Assembly (NCBI GenBank): GCA_947630655.1
Contig: CANRIQ010000001.1
Coordinates: forward strand, 1-45,309
Direction of reading: 5' to 3'
DNA: 45,309 nt
Origin: an uncultured Clostridia bacterium
GTDB lineage: Bacteria; Bacillota; Clostridia; Oscillospirales; Ruminococcaceae
In this document: positions 36,656 to 45,309 of the stretch, one piece after another
Layout of the letters: every line of letters starts with the position of its first letter
Numbering within the stretch: the stretch's first letter is position 1
Notes under the pieces: model-generated
Seen by the model: only the letters and a program-made list of their open reading frames with translations
What the model was told of the DNA's origin: nothing
Database searches by the model: none
Made by a program: the position numbers and the translations under genes

Positions 36656-38311
36656 TCATTTCTCGGGAACGACATAATAGCCGTCCGCCCGAACCCCGTC
36701 AATCGCGTTGATAAAATCGCTGAATTTCGCGTAACCGTAGTCGCCGAAATCAAACTCTGGGAAATTTTTCTTGATTTTGGAGCTCAGCATTTTAATGCTG
36801 CACCCGTCCGAGTCCTTTGCGAAGTTAAACACAAAATCCTCTATCTGCTGGGTGCGTTCAAAGAATTTTTTATCGATATACAGCTTGTTGCTTTTTGCCG
36901 TAACGCCCTTTATCTGCGCAATAAGCTTTTTTACCGTGCCAAATCCGAGGTCTTTAAGGTAATCCTTGCCGTATTTCTGCGAAAGAACCGCTCCCAGAAC
37001 CGGCAGCAGAACGCCCTCGTCCTGTTCCTGCGCGCAGCTCGCCAGAATATCGCGCTTTACGGCGTTCAGGTCGGGCTTTTCGGCAGCCGCCTTTGCAGAA
37101 GCCTTCTTTTTCGGATTTTCAGCTTCGGTTTTGACAGCTTGGTCGGTTTTGGTTTTCTTTTTGGGTTCAGCCTTAACAATATAAACAAAGTTTTTCTCGG
37201 TCTTTACCGTTTTAACAGACGAAACCGCCGTTGTAAAGTCCGAAAACCCGAGCTCCGCCAGATAATTCTTGCCGTATTTTTTAACAAGCATACTGTTTAG
37301 CTGTCCGAGATTTCCTCCCGCGGGCATATTGTCGGAGGCGTATTTTACTATCTCCTCCGAAAAAGCCTCGCCTGTAATCTTCACAACCTCGGTTTTATTT
37401 GCCGCAAGGGAAACAACGGTGTTTTTCCGCGCAAGCTCGGGACGCTTGTCAATGAATTTCGCAAACTTTTTCGACCCGAACTGCGAAAAATCAACCTTCC
37501 CGAAGGTTGACGTAACATAATCGCTTACCTTGGTAAGCTCCTCTGCGCCGCCCTCCTGCCGCTTTAAAAACTCGACAATGACGTTTGTAATTTCGGCTTC
37601 GTTCGGAGAGTTTTTATTTGGAGAAATTTCGGCTTTGGGGGAATTTTCCTCCTGCGGACGGGATTTCAGCGAAACAAACGCGCTGTGCCGCTGAAGCTCG
37701 GAAAAGCTGTCGATAAATCCCGAAAACCGCTTGAACCCCAGCGCGTCGAAATCCACGTTCCCATAGCGCGAGGTGAGAAACGCGTTTATTTTCGTGAGAT
37801 CCAGCCTTCCGTCGTCGTTTTCGCGGACGTAGTCCAGCACTGCTTTCCGCAGAATTTTCTCGTCATAGTCACCCGCGTTTTCGCAAACCTGATTTAAGTA
37901 GCTGAAATGGTGACAGCTTGACGTAAACGCAAGCGGGGTTTTGACCTCGCCAATGCCGATAACAAGCTTTCCCGCCTCGCGAAGCCTTATCGCAAGCCGC
38001 GTAAAATCGCTGTCGCTTGTAACCAGCACAAAGCCGTCCACTGTCCCCGAATACAGCAAATCCATAGCGTCGATTATCATCGAAAAATCGGTGGCGTTTT
38101 TCCCCGCGATATAGCAGGTCTGCTGCACCGGAAGGATTGAGTTGTTAAGCGCGGGAAAATGCCAGCCGTTGCCGCCCTTTTCCCAGTCTCCGTATATGCG
38201 TTTGCAGGTAAGCTCGCCGTATTTTGCCGCTTCCTGCAAAATAAACTGCGCGTATTTTGCCGAAACATTGTCGCTGTCTATAAGCAATGCCAATTTTTTC
38301 TCTTCTGCCAT
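36656..38311 (-). CDS. NYN (LabA/DUF88) RNase with about five tandem OST-HTH/LOTUS domains
   Basis: LIDSDN, RIYGDW, KNATD, VTSDSDF, then repeated L...L...(Y/F)G...(L/F/Y)GF..F..FI units. Confidence 0.85.
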   Translation of the reverse strand: MAEEKKLALLIDSDNVSAKYAQFILQEAAKYGELTCKRIYGDWEKGGNGWHFPALNNSILPVQQTCYIAGKNATDFSMIIDAMDLLYSGTVDGFVLVTSDSDFTRLAIRLREAGKLVIGIGEVKTPLAFTSSCHHFSYLNQVCENAGDYDEKILRKAVLDYVRENDDGRLDLTKINAFLTSRYGNVDFDALGFKRFSGFIDSFSELQRHSAFVSLKSRPQEENSPKAEISPNKNSPNEAEITNVIVEFLKRQEGGAEELTKVSDYVTSTFGKVDFSQFGSKKFAKFIDKRPELARKNTVVSLAANKTEVVKITGEAFSEEIVKYASDNMPAGGNLGQLNSMLVKKYGKNYLAELGFSDFTTAVSSVKTVKTEKNFVYIVKAEPKKKTKTDQAVKTEAENPKKKASAKAAAEKPDLNAVKRDILASCAQEQDEGVLLPVLGAVLSQKYGKDYLKDLGFGTVKKLIAQIKGVTAKSNKLYIDKKFFERTQQIEDFVFNFAKDSDGCSIKMLSSKIKKNFPEFDFGDYGYAKFSDFINAIDGVRADGYYVVPEK

Positions 38312-38320
38312 AACCTCTAC

Positions 38321-38341
38321 TCTTACCTCTTACATCTTACT
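38321..38341. repeat. Heptamer tandem repeat (TCTTACN) x3 in the thyA-NYN spacer
   Basis: TCTTACC TCTTACA TCTTACT with degenerate flanking units. Confidence 0.75.
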
Positions 38342-38342
38342 T

Positions 38343-39170
38343 CTAAATGGCCACCGGTATCTTCTCATCAAACTCGTGATAACGGTAATTTTCCGCTTTA
38401 AAGCTGTTTTTCGTGAAAGCGTAAAAATCCGTGATGTCCTCCACCGTCATAACGGGCGCGTCGAACGGTTTTTTTTCGATCAGGCGTTTTACCGTGTCGA
38501 CATGGCGGTCGTAGATGTGAGCGTCCGCAATAACGTGAACAAGCTCCCCCGCCTCATATCCCGACGCCTTCGCGAACATAATCACCAACGCCGCGTATTG
38601 ACACACGTTCCAGTTGCTTGCGGTAAGCATATCCTGCGAACGCTGGTTTAAAATAGCGTTCAGCCTCCCGCCCGACACGTTTAACGTCAGTGAGTACGCG
38701 CACGGCGCAAGAGCCATTTCACAAAGCTCCGAGTGATTGTACATATTAAGCAGAATTCTCCTTGACGCGGGATTGTTTTTCAAATCGAACAACGCCTTAT
38801 CCACCTGGTCGAATTCTCCCTCGGGATAACGGTGCTTTACGCTCATCTGATAGCCGTAAGCCTTCCCGATAGAGCCGTTTTCGTCCGCCCACGCGTCCCA
38901 GATATGCGAGGAAAGCTCCCGCACATTATTCGACTTTTTCTGATAAATCCAGAGAATTTCGTCAATTGCCGAGCGGTAGTACGTCCGCCGAAGCGTAAGC
39001 AGCGGGAATTCCTTTGTAAGGTCATAGCGGTTCACCAGCCCGAATTTTTTGATTGTATGCGCGGGAGAGCCGTCCTCCCAGCGCGGACGGACGTTCATAT
39101 CCTCGTCCGAAACGCCGTGTTCGAGTATTTCACGGCAATTGTCTATAAAAATTTCGTCTGCTCTGCTCAT
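38343..39170 (-). CDS. thyA: Thymidylate synthase ThyA
   Basis: FPLLTLR, IWDAWA, IGKAYG, ALAPC, QRSQD, HIYDRH, C-terminal PVAI. Confidence 0.95.
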   Translation of the reverse strand: MSRADEIFIDNCREILEHGVSDEDMNVRPRWEDGSPAHTIKKFGLVNRYDLTKEFPLLTLRRTYYRSAIDEILWIYQKKSNNVRELSSHIWDAWADENGSIGKAYGYQMSVKHRYPEGEFDQVDKALFDLKNNPASRRILLNMYNHSELCEMALAPCAYSLTLNVSGGRLNAILNQRSQDMLTASNWNVCQYAALVIMFAKASGYEAGELVHVIADAHIYDRHVDTVKRLIEKKPFDAPVMTVEDITDFYAFTKNSFKAENYRYHEFDEKIPVAI

Positions 39171-39258
39171 CGCTCATAACCCTTCCCGCTCTCAAAAAAC
39201 GCAAAAACACCGACATTAAGCCCTCTGTTGTAAATTCGAGGGCTTTTCGGAGATTATT

Positions 39259-40581
39259 TTACTGTTCGCTTAAAATAAACATATCGTAAATCACGCGAAT
39301 GGCGTTTTCAAAATCCTTTTCGTCAATTCCGACGATAATATTAAGCTCGCTGGACCCTTGGTCAATCATTCTGACGTTTATATCCGCGTGGGACAACGCC
39401 GCGAAAACCCTTGTCGCAGTACCCTTTTTGGACTTCATTCCGCGCCCCACGACAGCTATAAGCGCGAGTCCGTCGATTATCTCGAAATGGTCGGGGCGGA
39501 CAACGTCCTTTATCCGCTGTTCAAGCTTTTCGCGCTGACCGTCAAGGTCGTGAGAATTTACAACAACGCTTACCGTATCAATTCCCGTCGGCATATGCTC
39601 GGGGAATATCCCGTGATTTTCCAGAACCTGCAACAGACGGCGCATAAAGCCGTTTTCCGAATTCATTCTGTCCTTTTCAATCGAGATAACGGAAAAATCC
39701 TTTTTCCCGGCAATACCCGTGATAAGGTATTTCGGAGAGCTTTCATCGGCAGACGGCACAATAAGCGTTCCCGCGTCCTGCGGAGCGTTTGTGTTCTTGA
39801 TATTTATCGGGATATTCGCGCTTCTTACCGGGAAAATCGCGTCCTCGTGAAGCACTCCCGCGCCCATATATGAAAGCTCGCGAAGCTCGGAATAGGTTAT
39901 AACCTCAATTCCCTCGGGTTTGTCGACAATTCTCGGGTCTGCAACCAGAAATCCCGAAACGTCCGTCCAGTTTTCATAAAGAGACGCTCCCACAGCCTTT
40001 GCGACTACCGAGCCCGTAAAATCGCTTCCGCCGCGCGAAAACGTTTTAATCGAGCCGTCGGGCATAGCCCCGTAAAATCCCGGGATAACCGCGCGCGGAG
40101 TTTTTTCGAGAATAGCCCCCAGGCAGGCGTTTGTAATGTCCGCGTCGAAATTGCCCTTGTTGTCAAAGAAAATGCCCAAAGCGGCGTCGATAAATTCGTA
40201 TCCGAGGTAGTTTGCCAAAACGATGCCGTTCAGGTATTCTCCGCGCGACGCGGCATAATCGCGGTCTGCTCCGTCGCGGAACATCGCCCCGATTTTTACA
40301 TATTCGTCCTCCAGCGACAGCGACAGCGACAAATCGCTTATAATCCCGTCATAACGCTCGCGCACGGGCGCGAAAGCCTTAGCAAAGTCTTCGCCCGCGG
40401 ACACCTTGTCATAGCATTGATATAAAAGGTCGGTAACCTTTGTGTCGTCCTTAAAGCGTTTTCCGGGCGCGGACGGCACGATATAGCAGCGTTCCTCGTC
40501 CGCGCGGATTATATCCGCTACTTTTTTGAATTGTTTTGCGTCGGCAAGAGAGCTTCCGCCGAACTTTACAACTTTGCTCAT
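39259..40581 (-). CDS. lysC: Aspartate kinase (two ACT domains)
   Basis: VVKFGGSS, SAPGK, SRGE, FSRGGSDFTG, WTDVSG, DPR. Confidence 0.9.
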   Translation of the reverse strand: MSKVVKFGGSSLADAKQFKKVADIIRADEERCYIVPSAPGKRFKDDTKVTDLLYQCYDKVSAGEDFAKAFAPVRERYDGIISDLSLSLSLEDEYVKIGAMFRDGADRDYAASRGEYLNGIVLANYLGYEFIDAALGIFFDNKGNFDADITNACLGAILEKTPRAVIPGFYGAMPDGSIKTFSRGGSDFTGSVVAKAVGASLYENWTDVSGFLVADPRIVDKPEGIEVITYSELRELSYMGAGVLHEDAIFPVRSANIPINIKNTNAPQDAGTLIVPSADESSPKYLITGIAGKKDFSVISIEKDRMNSENGFMRRLLQVLENHGIFPEHMPTGIDTVSVVVNSHDLDGQREKLEQRIKDVVRPDHFEIIDGLALIAVVGRGMKSKKGTATRVFAALSHADINVRMIDQGSSELNIIVGIDEKDFENAIRVIYDMFILSEQ

Positions 40582-40688
40582 AAAATCTTCCCTTTCTTTT
40601 GCATATATATTACTATTTTATCACAAAAAGTATTAAATTTCAATAGGAAAACAAAATTTTTTGCCCTCATTTTGTGCTATTTTCAGTT

Positions 40689-42464
40689 ATGTCAGCAGTA
40701 CAACACAACATGAACGCGTTGAACGCGTACAACAAACTGAACGCTAATGTAGCAGGTCTTAAGAAGTCCAGCGAGAAGCTCTCCAGCGGTTACAGAATTA
40801 ACCGCGCAGGCGATGATGCTGCCGGCTTGGCAATTTCCGAGAAGATGAGATCTCAGATCCGCGGCTTGAACCAGGCGGTTCGTAACTCGCAGGACGGCAT
40901 CAACATGATCCAGACTTACGAGGGCGCAGCTCAGGAGTCCCACAGCATTCTGCAGAGAATGAAGGAGCTCGCTTCCGAGGCAGCTAACGGTACATACCAG
41001 AACGAAGTTGACCGCGACGCTATTCAGCTCGAATTCGATCAGCTGAACGATGAGTTGAACCAGATCGCAGACACCGACTTTAATGGCGTTGTAATGCTCA
41101 ACGGCGGTCAGATGGCAGACGGTCTTAAGGCGGCTAACGGCAAGTTTGACTATGCAAACAGCACTCGTGCGGCTATCCAGATAGGCACTTCGAGCAACAT
41201 GATCGTTGGCATCGGTACGGACGGCAACAACACAACAGATACTACAGCGGGTACTGTAACATTTACCGCAACTAAGTATGATGACGGTACAGTTTGCTGG
41301 CAGGCAAGCGAAGGTGCAAAGGGCACGTTTACTAAAGGTGGCGTAAAGGCTGACGGTGCTCCCTCCACAGCAAACGCAGCAACCGGTGGTTTTACCTATA
41401 ATGGTGTTACAGTAAATATTGACACGGATAAAGTTGTTTCCGGCGATACTATCACCATAAACTTCTCTGCTCCTAAGACTGCAGAAGGTCAGACTTCGGA
41501 TGTTACCGGTACTTCGACTGATTGGGGCAATGTAACAACATCTGCAACAGTTACCGCTCCTACTATTTCGGTAACGATTAGTGATGAAGCTATCACAAGT
41601 CAGGATATTGCAGATGCATTGAATTACCTCAATAAACTCACGATTGAATCCGGCGTAACTAAGGGCAGTCTTAACAGTATGAAAGTTAATGGAGTGACTC
41701 TTTCGTTTACCGCAGGTGCAACCGTAAACGCCTTAAAAGAAGCTTCAGATGATTTGGTTACTTTTGAAGACGGGTCCGGTATCTATATTGATACGGATTT
41801 GCATATCCAATATCGTGACAAAGATGGAAATAAAACTGCACTTGCTGACCTGAAAATGATGGAAGCTACAAATGTGAATAACTCCGGCACAATTACTACC
41901 GAAGTTTATACAACGAAGGCGTCCTTCACACCTGCGGCTGACAAGGGCGTAAAGCTGCTTGAACCGAACGGAAAGGTTTCCCAGTCTAACTCCAACTATA
42001 AGGCTGTTGGTCCTCTGACCTATACCGACCAGTTGGTTCTCCAGACCGGCGCACGCACCAAGGACAGCGTAAACTTCACGTTTGCTTACGATACCGACGG
42101 TATGGGCGGTCTAAAGGCTAACCTCGATATTTCCGCACGCGCTAACGGTCTGAACACCGCTAACCTCAGCCTCTCCACTCAGGAAGACGCTAACGCGGCT
42201 ATCGACCAGATCGACTGCGCTATCAATAAGGTTTCTATGGTAAGAGCTACCTTCGGTGCAACCCAGAACCGCTTGGAGCACAAGATCACGAACCTCACCA
42301 CCACTTCCGAGAACATCCAGGAAGCGGAATCTGCGATCCGTGATACCGATATGGCAAGCGAAATGATGAATTACACCAAGTTCAACATCCTGCAGCAGGC
42401 TGCACAGTCCATGCTCGCGCAGGCGAATCAGCAGCCGCAGTCCATTCTGCAGCTCCTCGGCTAA
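40689..42464 (+). CDS. fliC: Flagellin with a large variable central domain
   Basis: EKLSSGYRINRAGDDAAGLAISEKMR, LQRMKELA, RATFGATQNRLEH, SAIRDTDMA, QAAQSMLAQAN. ATG at 40689 (the ORF track starts at GTG 40674). Confidence 0.97.
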   Translation: MSAVQHNMNALNAYNKLNANVAGLKKSSEKLSSGYRINRAGDDAAGLAISEKMRSQIRGLNQAVRNSQDGINMIQTYEGAAQESHSILQRMKELASEAANGTYQNEVDRDAIQLEFDQLNDELNQIADTDFNGVVMLNGGQMADGLKAANGKFDYANSTRAAIQIGTSSNMIVGIGTDGNNTTDTTAGTVTFTATKYDDGTVCWQASEGAKGTFTKGGVKADGAPSTANAATGGFTYNGVTVNIDTDKVVSGDTITINFSAPKTAEGQTSDVTGTSTDWGNVTTSATVTAPTISVTISDEAITSQDIADALNYLNKLTIESGVTKGSLNSMKVNGVTLSFTAGATVNALKEASDDLVTFEDGSGIYIDTDLHIQYRDKDGNKTALADLKMMEATNVNNSGTITTEVYTTKASFTPAADKGVKLLEPNGKVSQSNSNYKAVGPLTYTDQLVLQTGARTKDSVNFTFAYDTDGMGGLKANLDISARANGLNTANLSLSTQEDANAAIDQIDCAINKVSMVRATFGATQNRLEHKITNLTTTSENIQEAESAIRDTDMASEMMNYTKFNILQQAAQSMLAQANQQPQSILQLLG

Positions 42465-42495
42465 TTTTAGTCGGTATAAAAAACAAAATGCGTTT

Positions 42496-42522
42496 CCCCC
42501 CCGCCAAAAACGGGGGGGTTTT
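42496..42522 (+). terminator. Terminator after fliC
   Basis: C7G-CCAAAAA-CG7-TTTT. Confidence 0.75.
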
Positions 42523-42562
42523 ATCTAAATAATAAGAAGCAATTTTGAAACGGAGAATTAAA

Positions 42563-44626
42563 ATGGTTCTATCTATCGGAATGATTGTGAAAAACGAGGA
42601 AAAATATCTTGACAGATGCCTTACGGCACTGAAACCGATACTTGACAGCATTGACAGCGAGCTTATTATCGCCGACACGGGTTCTACGGACAGCACGGTA
42701 GAGATCGCAAAGAAATATACCGACAATGTTTTTTATTTTGAATGGATAAACGACTTCGCCGCAGCAAGAAACTCCACTCTTGAAAGGGCAAAGGGCGAGT
42801 GGTATATGTTTCTTGACGCCGACGAAATTTTTGAATCCTGCGATGATATAATCAGGTTTTTTAAAACGGGCGAGTACAAGAACTATAAGTGCGCAGGATA
42901 TTTCATAAAAAATTATACAAATTCCGAGGATTACAGCTTATTTACATCGTTTATTACCACCAGATTGTTTTGCCTGGAGCCGGGAATGAAATTTGTCGGC
43001 TACGTTCATGAGTCTATGAATCCTTGTTCCATGCCAATAAGAGCACTAAGGGACGTTGCGGGTCACTACGGATATCTGTATAATGTCAAGGAGATAAGAG
43101 AAGAAAAGTATAAGAGAAACTCTGAACTTTTGCTGAAGCGTCTTGAAATAGAAGGACCTAATCAGCTTATTTATTTACAGCTTGCACAGACCTTTGCTCT
43201 GGAAAATGAAGAAAAAAGACTTGAATATTCTCAGCTCGGACTTGACTGTCCCAATGGCAACGACGCTCTTGTTGTGGCTCTTTATAACGAGAAGATTTTT
43301 CACTTTTACAGGCTGAATAACTGGGAAAAGATTATTGAGCTTTGCGAAGAATATTTTGCTAAAACCGAAAAGAGCCATAATGGCGGCAGCCTCAGCACAG
43401 ACGCAGATATTTACATTTATATGGCGGTAAGCTATAAAAACCTCGGCAAAAACGCACAGTCGATTGAAACGTTTAAAAAGGTTTTTGAGCTGTATGATAA
43501 AGTTGCAAGCGGAAAGCTCTTTACAAGCGAGGTCGTTTTTAATCCGATTAAAATGGCACTTTCGGGTAATAAAAACAGTGTGATATTTTTCTTCGTGACT
43601 ATTTGTACAGCTGAAAAAGAGTACGAAGCTGCTGCTGAAGTCCTGAAAAAAACGGATATTTCTGCTTATTATGTAAGAGATAACAATTTCAACAAAAAAC
43701 TTTATGATGACTTTGAAATAATGCGTCATACCGGGAATTACCACCGCACGCAGGCACTTTATAATCACTTTGACAAAAGAAACAGGACGATACTTAAAAT
43801 CTTCATCAGAAGAGAGGCAGAAATCAACAATCCCTCTCCAGACGTAAACAACCTGTTCAGGAAAATTGTCAAGAACGAGCCTGATTTCGTAAAGCTTCTC
43901 GATACAGTAAAGGAGCATTTACAGAGCGGAAATTGCCTTGAAAAAGCGAAAAAACTCACCGAAACGGGGCTTGGAAGCTACTACGAAATCTTGTATTATC
44001 TTATTGTTGAAAAGCAGGATATTTCGTTGATTACTGCGCTTGAAGGATATGATTTCAGGTCTGCGGCGGACTTTTGCAGAGATACTTTTAAGGATTTTTA
44101 CGAGGCTCTGGAAAATTATCCGATCAAAAGCATTTCTCCGAACGGCTTGCCGGGAACTCTGAATTTACTTGAGAGTGCAATGAAGCTCTCGTTAAGGGAT
44201 AACAGAGATATAGAACCGCTTTTCACGCTGTGGGGAATAACGGGGCTTGCAATCTGCGAGGCTGAAAATCTATGTGCGGATGAGCTTACATGGCAGCTTT
44301 TCGGTGCGGTTATGTCGGCGGAGGCGATAAGCGAGAAGTCGCAGGGGAATTTCAAGGAATGCCTGAATGCCCTTACAGCACTTGTAAGGCAATATCCTGA
44401 GGCAAAACCGTTTGTTAAGGCAATAAGCGACAAAGTTCAGAAACAAATTCAACCTGCGGGCGAAATGAACGCACTCGCTGCCGAATTTAAGAATAATATC
44501 CGTATGCTTATCGCAAACGGAGAATTACAGCAAGCCGAACAGCTCCTCGGCGAATATGAAAAAATTATGCCGAACGACAGCGAAACGGCGGAGCTTAAAA
44601 AAGAAATATATGATATGAGGCGGTAA
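42563..44626 (+). CDS. GT2 plus helical/TPR-like glycosyltransferase, likely flagellin glycosylation
   Basis: SIGMIVKNEE, ADTGSTD, WINDFAAARN, LDADE, VHE, HYGY; directly downstream of fliC; GGAG SD. Confidence 0.88.
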   Translation: MVLSIGMIVKNEEKYLDRCLTALKPILDSIDSELIIADTGSTDSTVEIAKKYTDNVFYFEWINDFAAARNSTLERAKGEWYMFLDADEIFESCDDIIRFFKTGEYKNYKCAGYFIKNYTNSEDYSLFTSFITTRLFCLEPGMKFVGYVHESMNPCSMPIRALRDVAGHYGYLYNVKEIREEKYKRNSELLLKRLEIEGPNQLIYLQLAQTFALENEEKRLEYSQLGLDCPNGNDALVVALYNEKIFHFYRLNNWEKIIELCEEYFAKTEKSHNGGSLSTDADIYIYMAVSYKNLGKNAQSIETFKKVFELYDKVASGKLFTSEVVFNPIKMALSGNKNSVIFFFVTICTAEKEYEAAAEVLKKTDISAYYVRDNNFNKKLYDDFEIMRHTGNYHRTQALYNHFDKRNRTILKIFIRREAEINNPSPDVNNLFRKIVKNEPDFVKLLDTVKEHLQSGNCLEKAKKLTETGLGSYYEILYYLIVEKQDISLITALEGYDFRSAADFCRDTFKDFYEALENYPIKSISPNGLPGTLNLLESAMKLSLRDNRDIEPLFTLWGITGLAICEAENLCADELTWQLFGAVMSAEAISEKSQGNFKECLNALTALVRQYPEAKPFVKAISDKVQKQIQPAGEMNALAAEFKNNIRMLIANGELQQAEQLLGEYEKIMPNDSETAELKKEIYDMRR

Positions 44627-44629
44627 TTT

Positions 44630-45309
44630 ATGCATAATGTTATTGAAATAAACACAAATAAAATGGAGCGTCCCGATGAAACCGACAATCTCCTCAAGGT
44701 TCGCGAGCAGATTGCCGCAGGCTTTGACAGATGTGAGCATATTTCGGACGCTACAATCGTTGTTGTTGCATTAAACAGGCTGAATAAAACCAAAGAATGC
44801 GTCGAAAGCATACTCAAATACACTAAAAATGTGGATTACGATTTGGTTCTGATTGATAACGGTTCGACAGATGAAACACTTGAGTATCTGAAATCTGTCG
44901 ATTATGAAAAGGTAAGAATAATTCACCTGACAAAAACAGTAAGCCTTCCTGTTTCTTTATATTATCTGGATTTAAAATCCGTATCAAAAAACGTTGTTTT
45001 ATTGGCAAACGATATGATTGTCAGTCAAAACTGGCTCAGCAATATGCTTTACGCTGTCAAAACCGATAAGAAAATCGGAATGATGGCGACTATGAGCAAT
45101 AATACAAGCAATCTCCAGGACCCGGGGATACCGTATACCGATATAGACGACTTTCAGAGAAAAGCGGCAGAATTTAATAAGTCCGATCCCTCAAAGTGGC
45201 AGGAACGTTTAAGACTTATGACAGTTGCGGTACTTGTCACAAAGGAATGTCTTATGTCGATTGGCTGGCCTTTCCTGGATATAGGATATGCCCACGATTT
45301 TTCTGATGA
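44630..45309 (+). CDS. GT2 family glycosyltransferase (partial, runs off the window)
   Basis: Read by hand: MHNVIEI...TIVVVALNRLNKTKECVESILKYT...LIDNGSTD...LANDMIVSQNWL...; open to the window end. Confidence 0.85.
   Translation, partial: MHNVIEINTNKMERPDETDNLLKVREQIAAGFDRCEHISDATIVVVALNRLNKTKECVESILKYTKNVDYDLVLIDNGSTDETLEYLKSVDYEKVRIIHLTKTVSLPVSLYYLDLKSVSKNVVLLANDMIVSQNWLSNMLYAVKTDKKIGMMATMSNNTSNLQDPGIPYTDIDDFQRKAAEFNKSDPSKWQERLRLMTVAVLVTKECLMSIGWPFLDIGYAHDFSD

Noticed and set aside
40582-40615. Lysine riboswitch or attenuator before the aspartate kinase
   Set aside because: The predicted leader is only about 30 nt, too short for either

Overview
This window is the chromosomal origin region of a flagellated Clostridia-type Firmicute (gene content suggests Oscillospiraceae/Ruminococcaceae; inference). 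The left arm, on the minus strand, runs dnaA-dnaN-yaaA-recF-remB-gyrB-[YcxB-like]-gyrA-parS-[GyrI-like]-mnmG-rsmG-noc. A classic unwinding element lies between dnaA and dnaN, and there are many non-canonical TTTTCAACA-type boxes. Upstream of dnaA the usual rpmH-rnpA-yidC-jag-mnmE block is replaced by a cheA-cheW-cheR-cheB operon with no cheY. The right arm holds a fliK-like/FlhB-C-like pair, preQ1-I riboswitch-queT, rny followed by a soluble [FeFe]-hydrogenase-like/chemoreceptor fusion, moxR-DUF58, a lipoprotein/GT2 pair, pyrE-cofE-like-duplicated FliD-like, a low-GC LRR gene, lysC-thyA-NYN/LOTUS-ybaK-M14, and a flagellin followed by glycosyltransferases. The strongest leads are: (1) a putative H2/redox-sensing chemoreceptor near the che operon; (2) an intact flagellin with no visible sigma-28 promoter or SD, possibly a silent or switchable copy; (3) altered DnaA boxes alongside altered DnaA recognition residues; (4) an NYN RNase with about five tandem LOTUS domains. 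No rRNA, tRNA, CRISPR array or transposase was seen. All family calls come from motif recognition by eye, not database searches.
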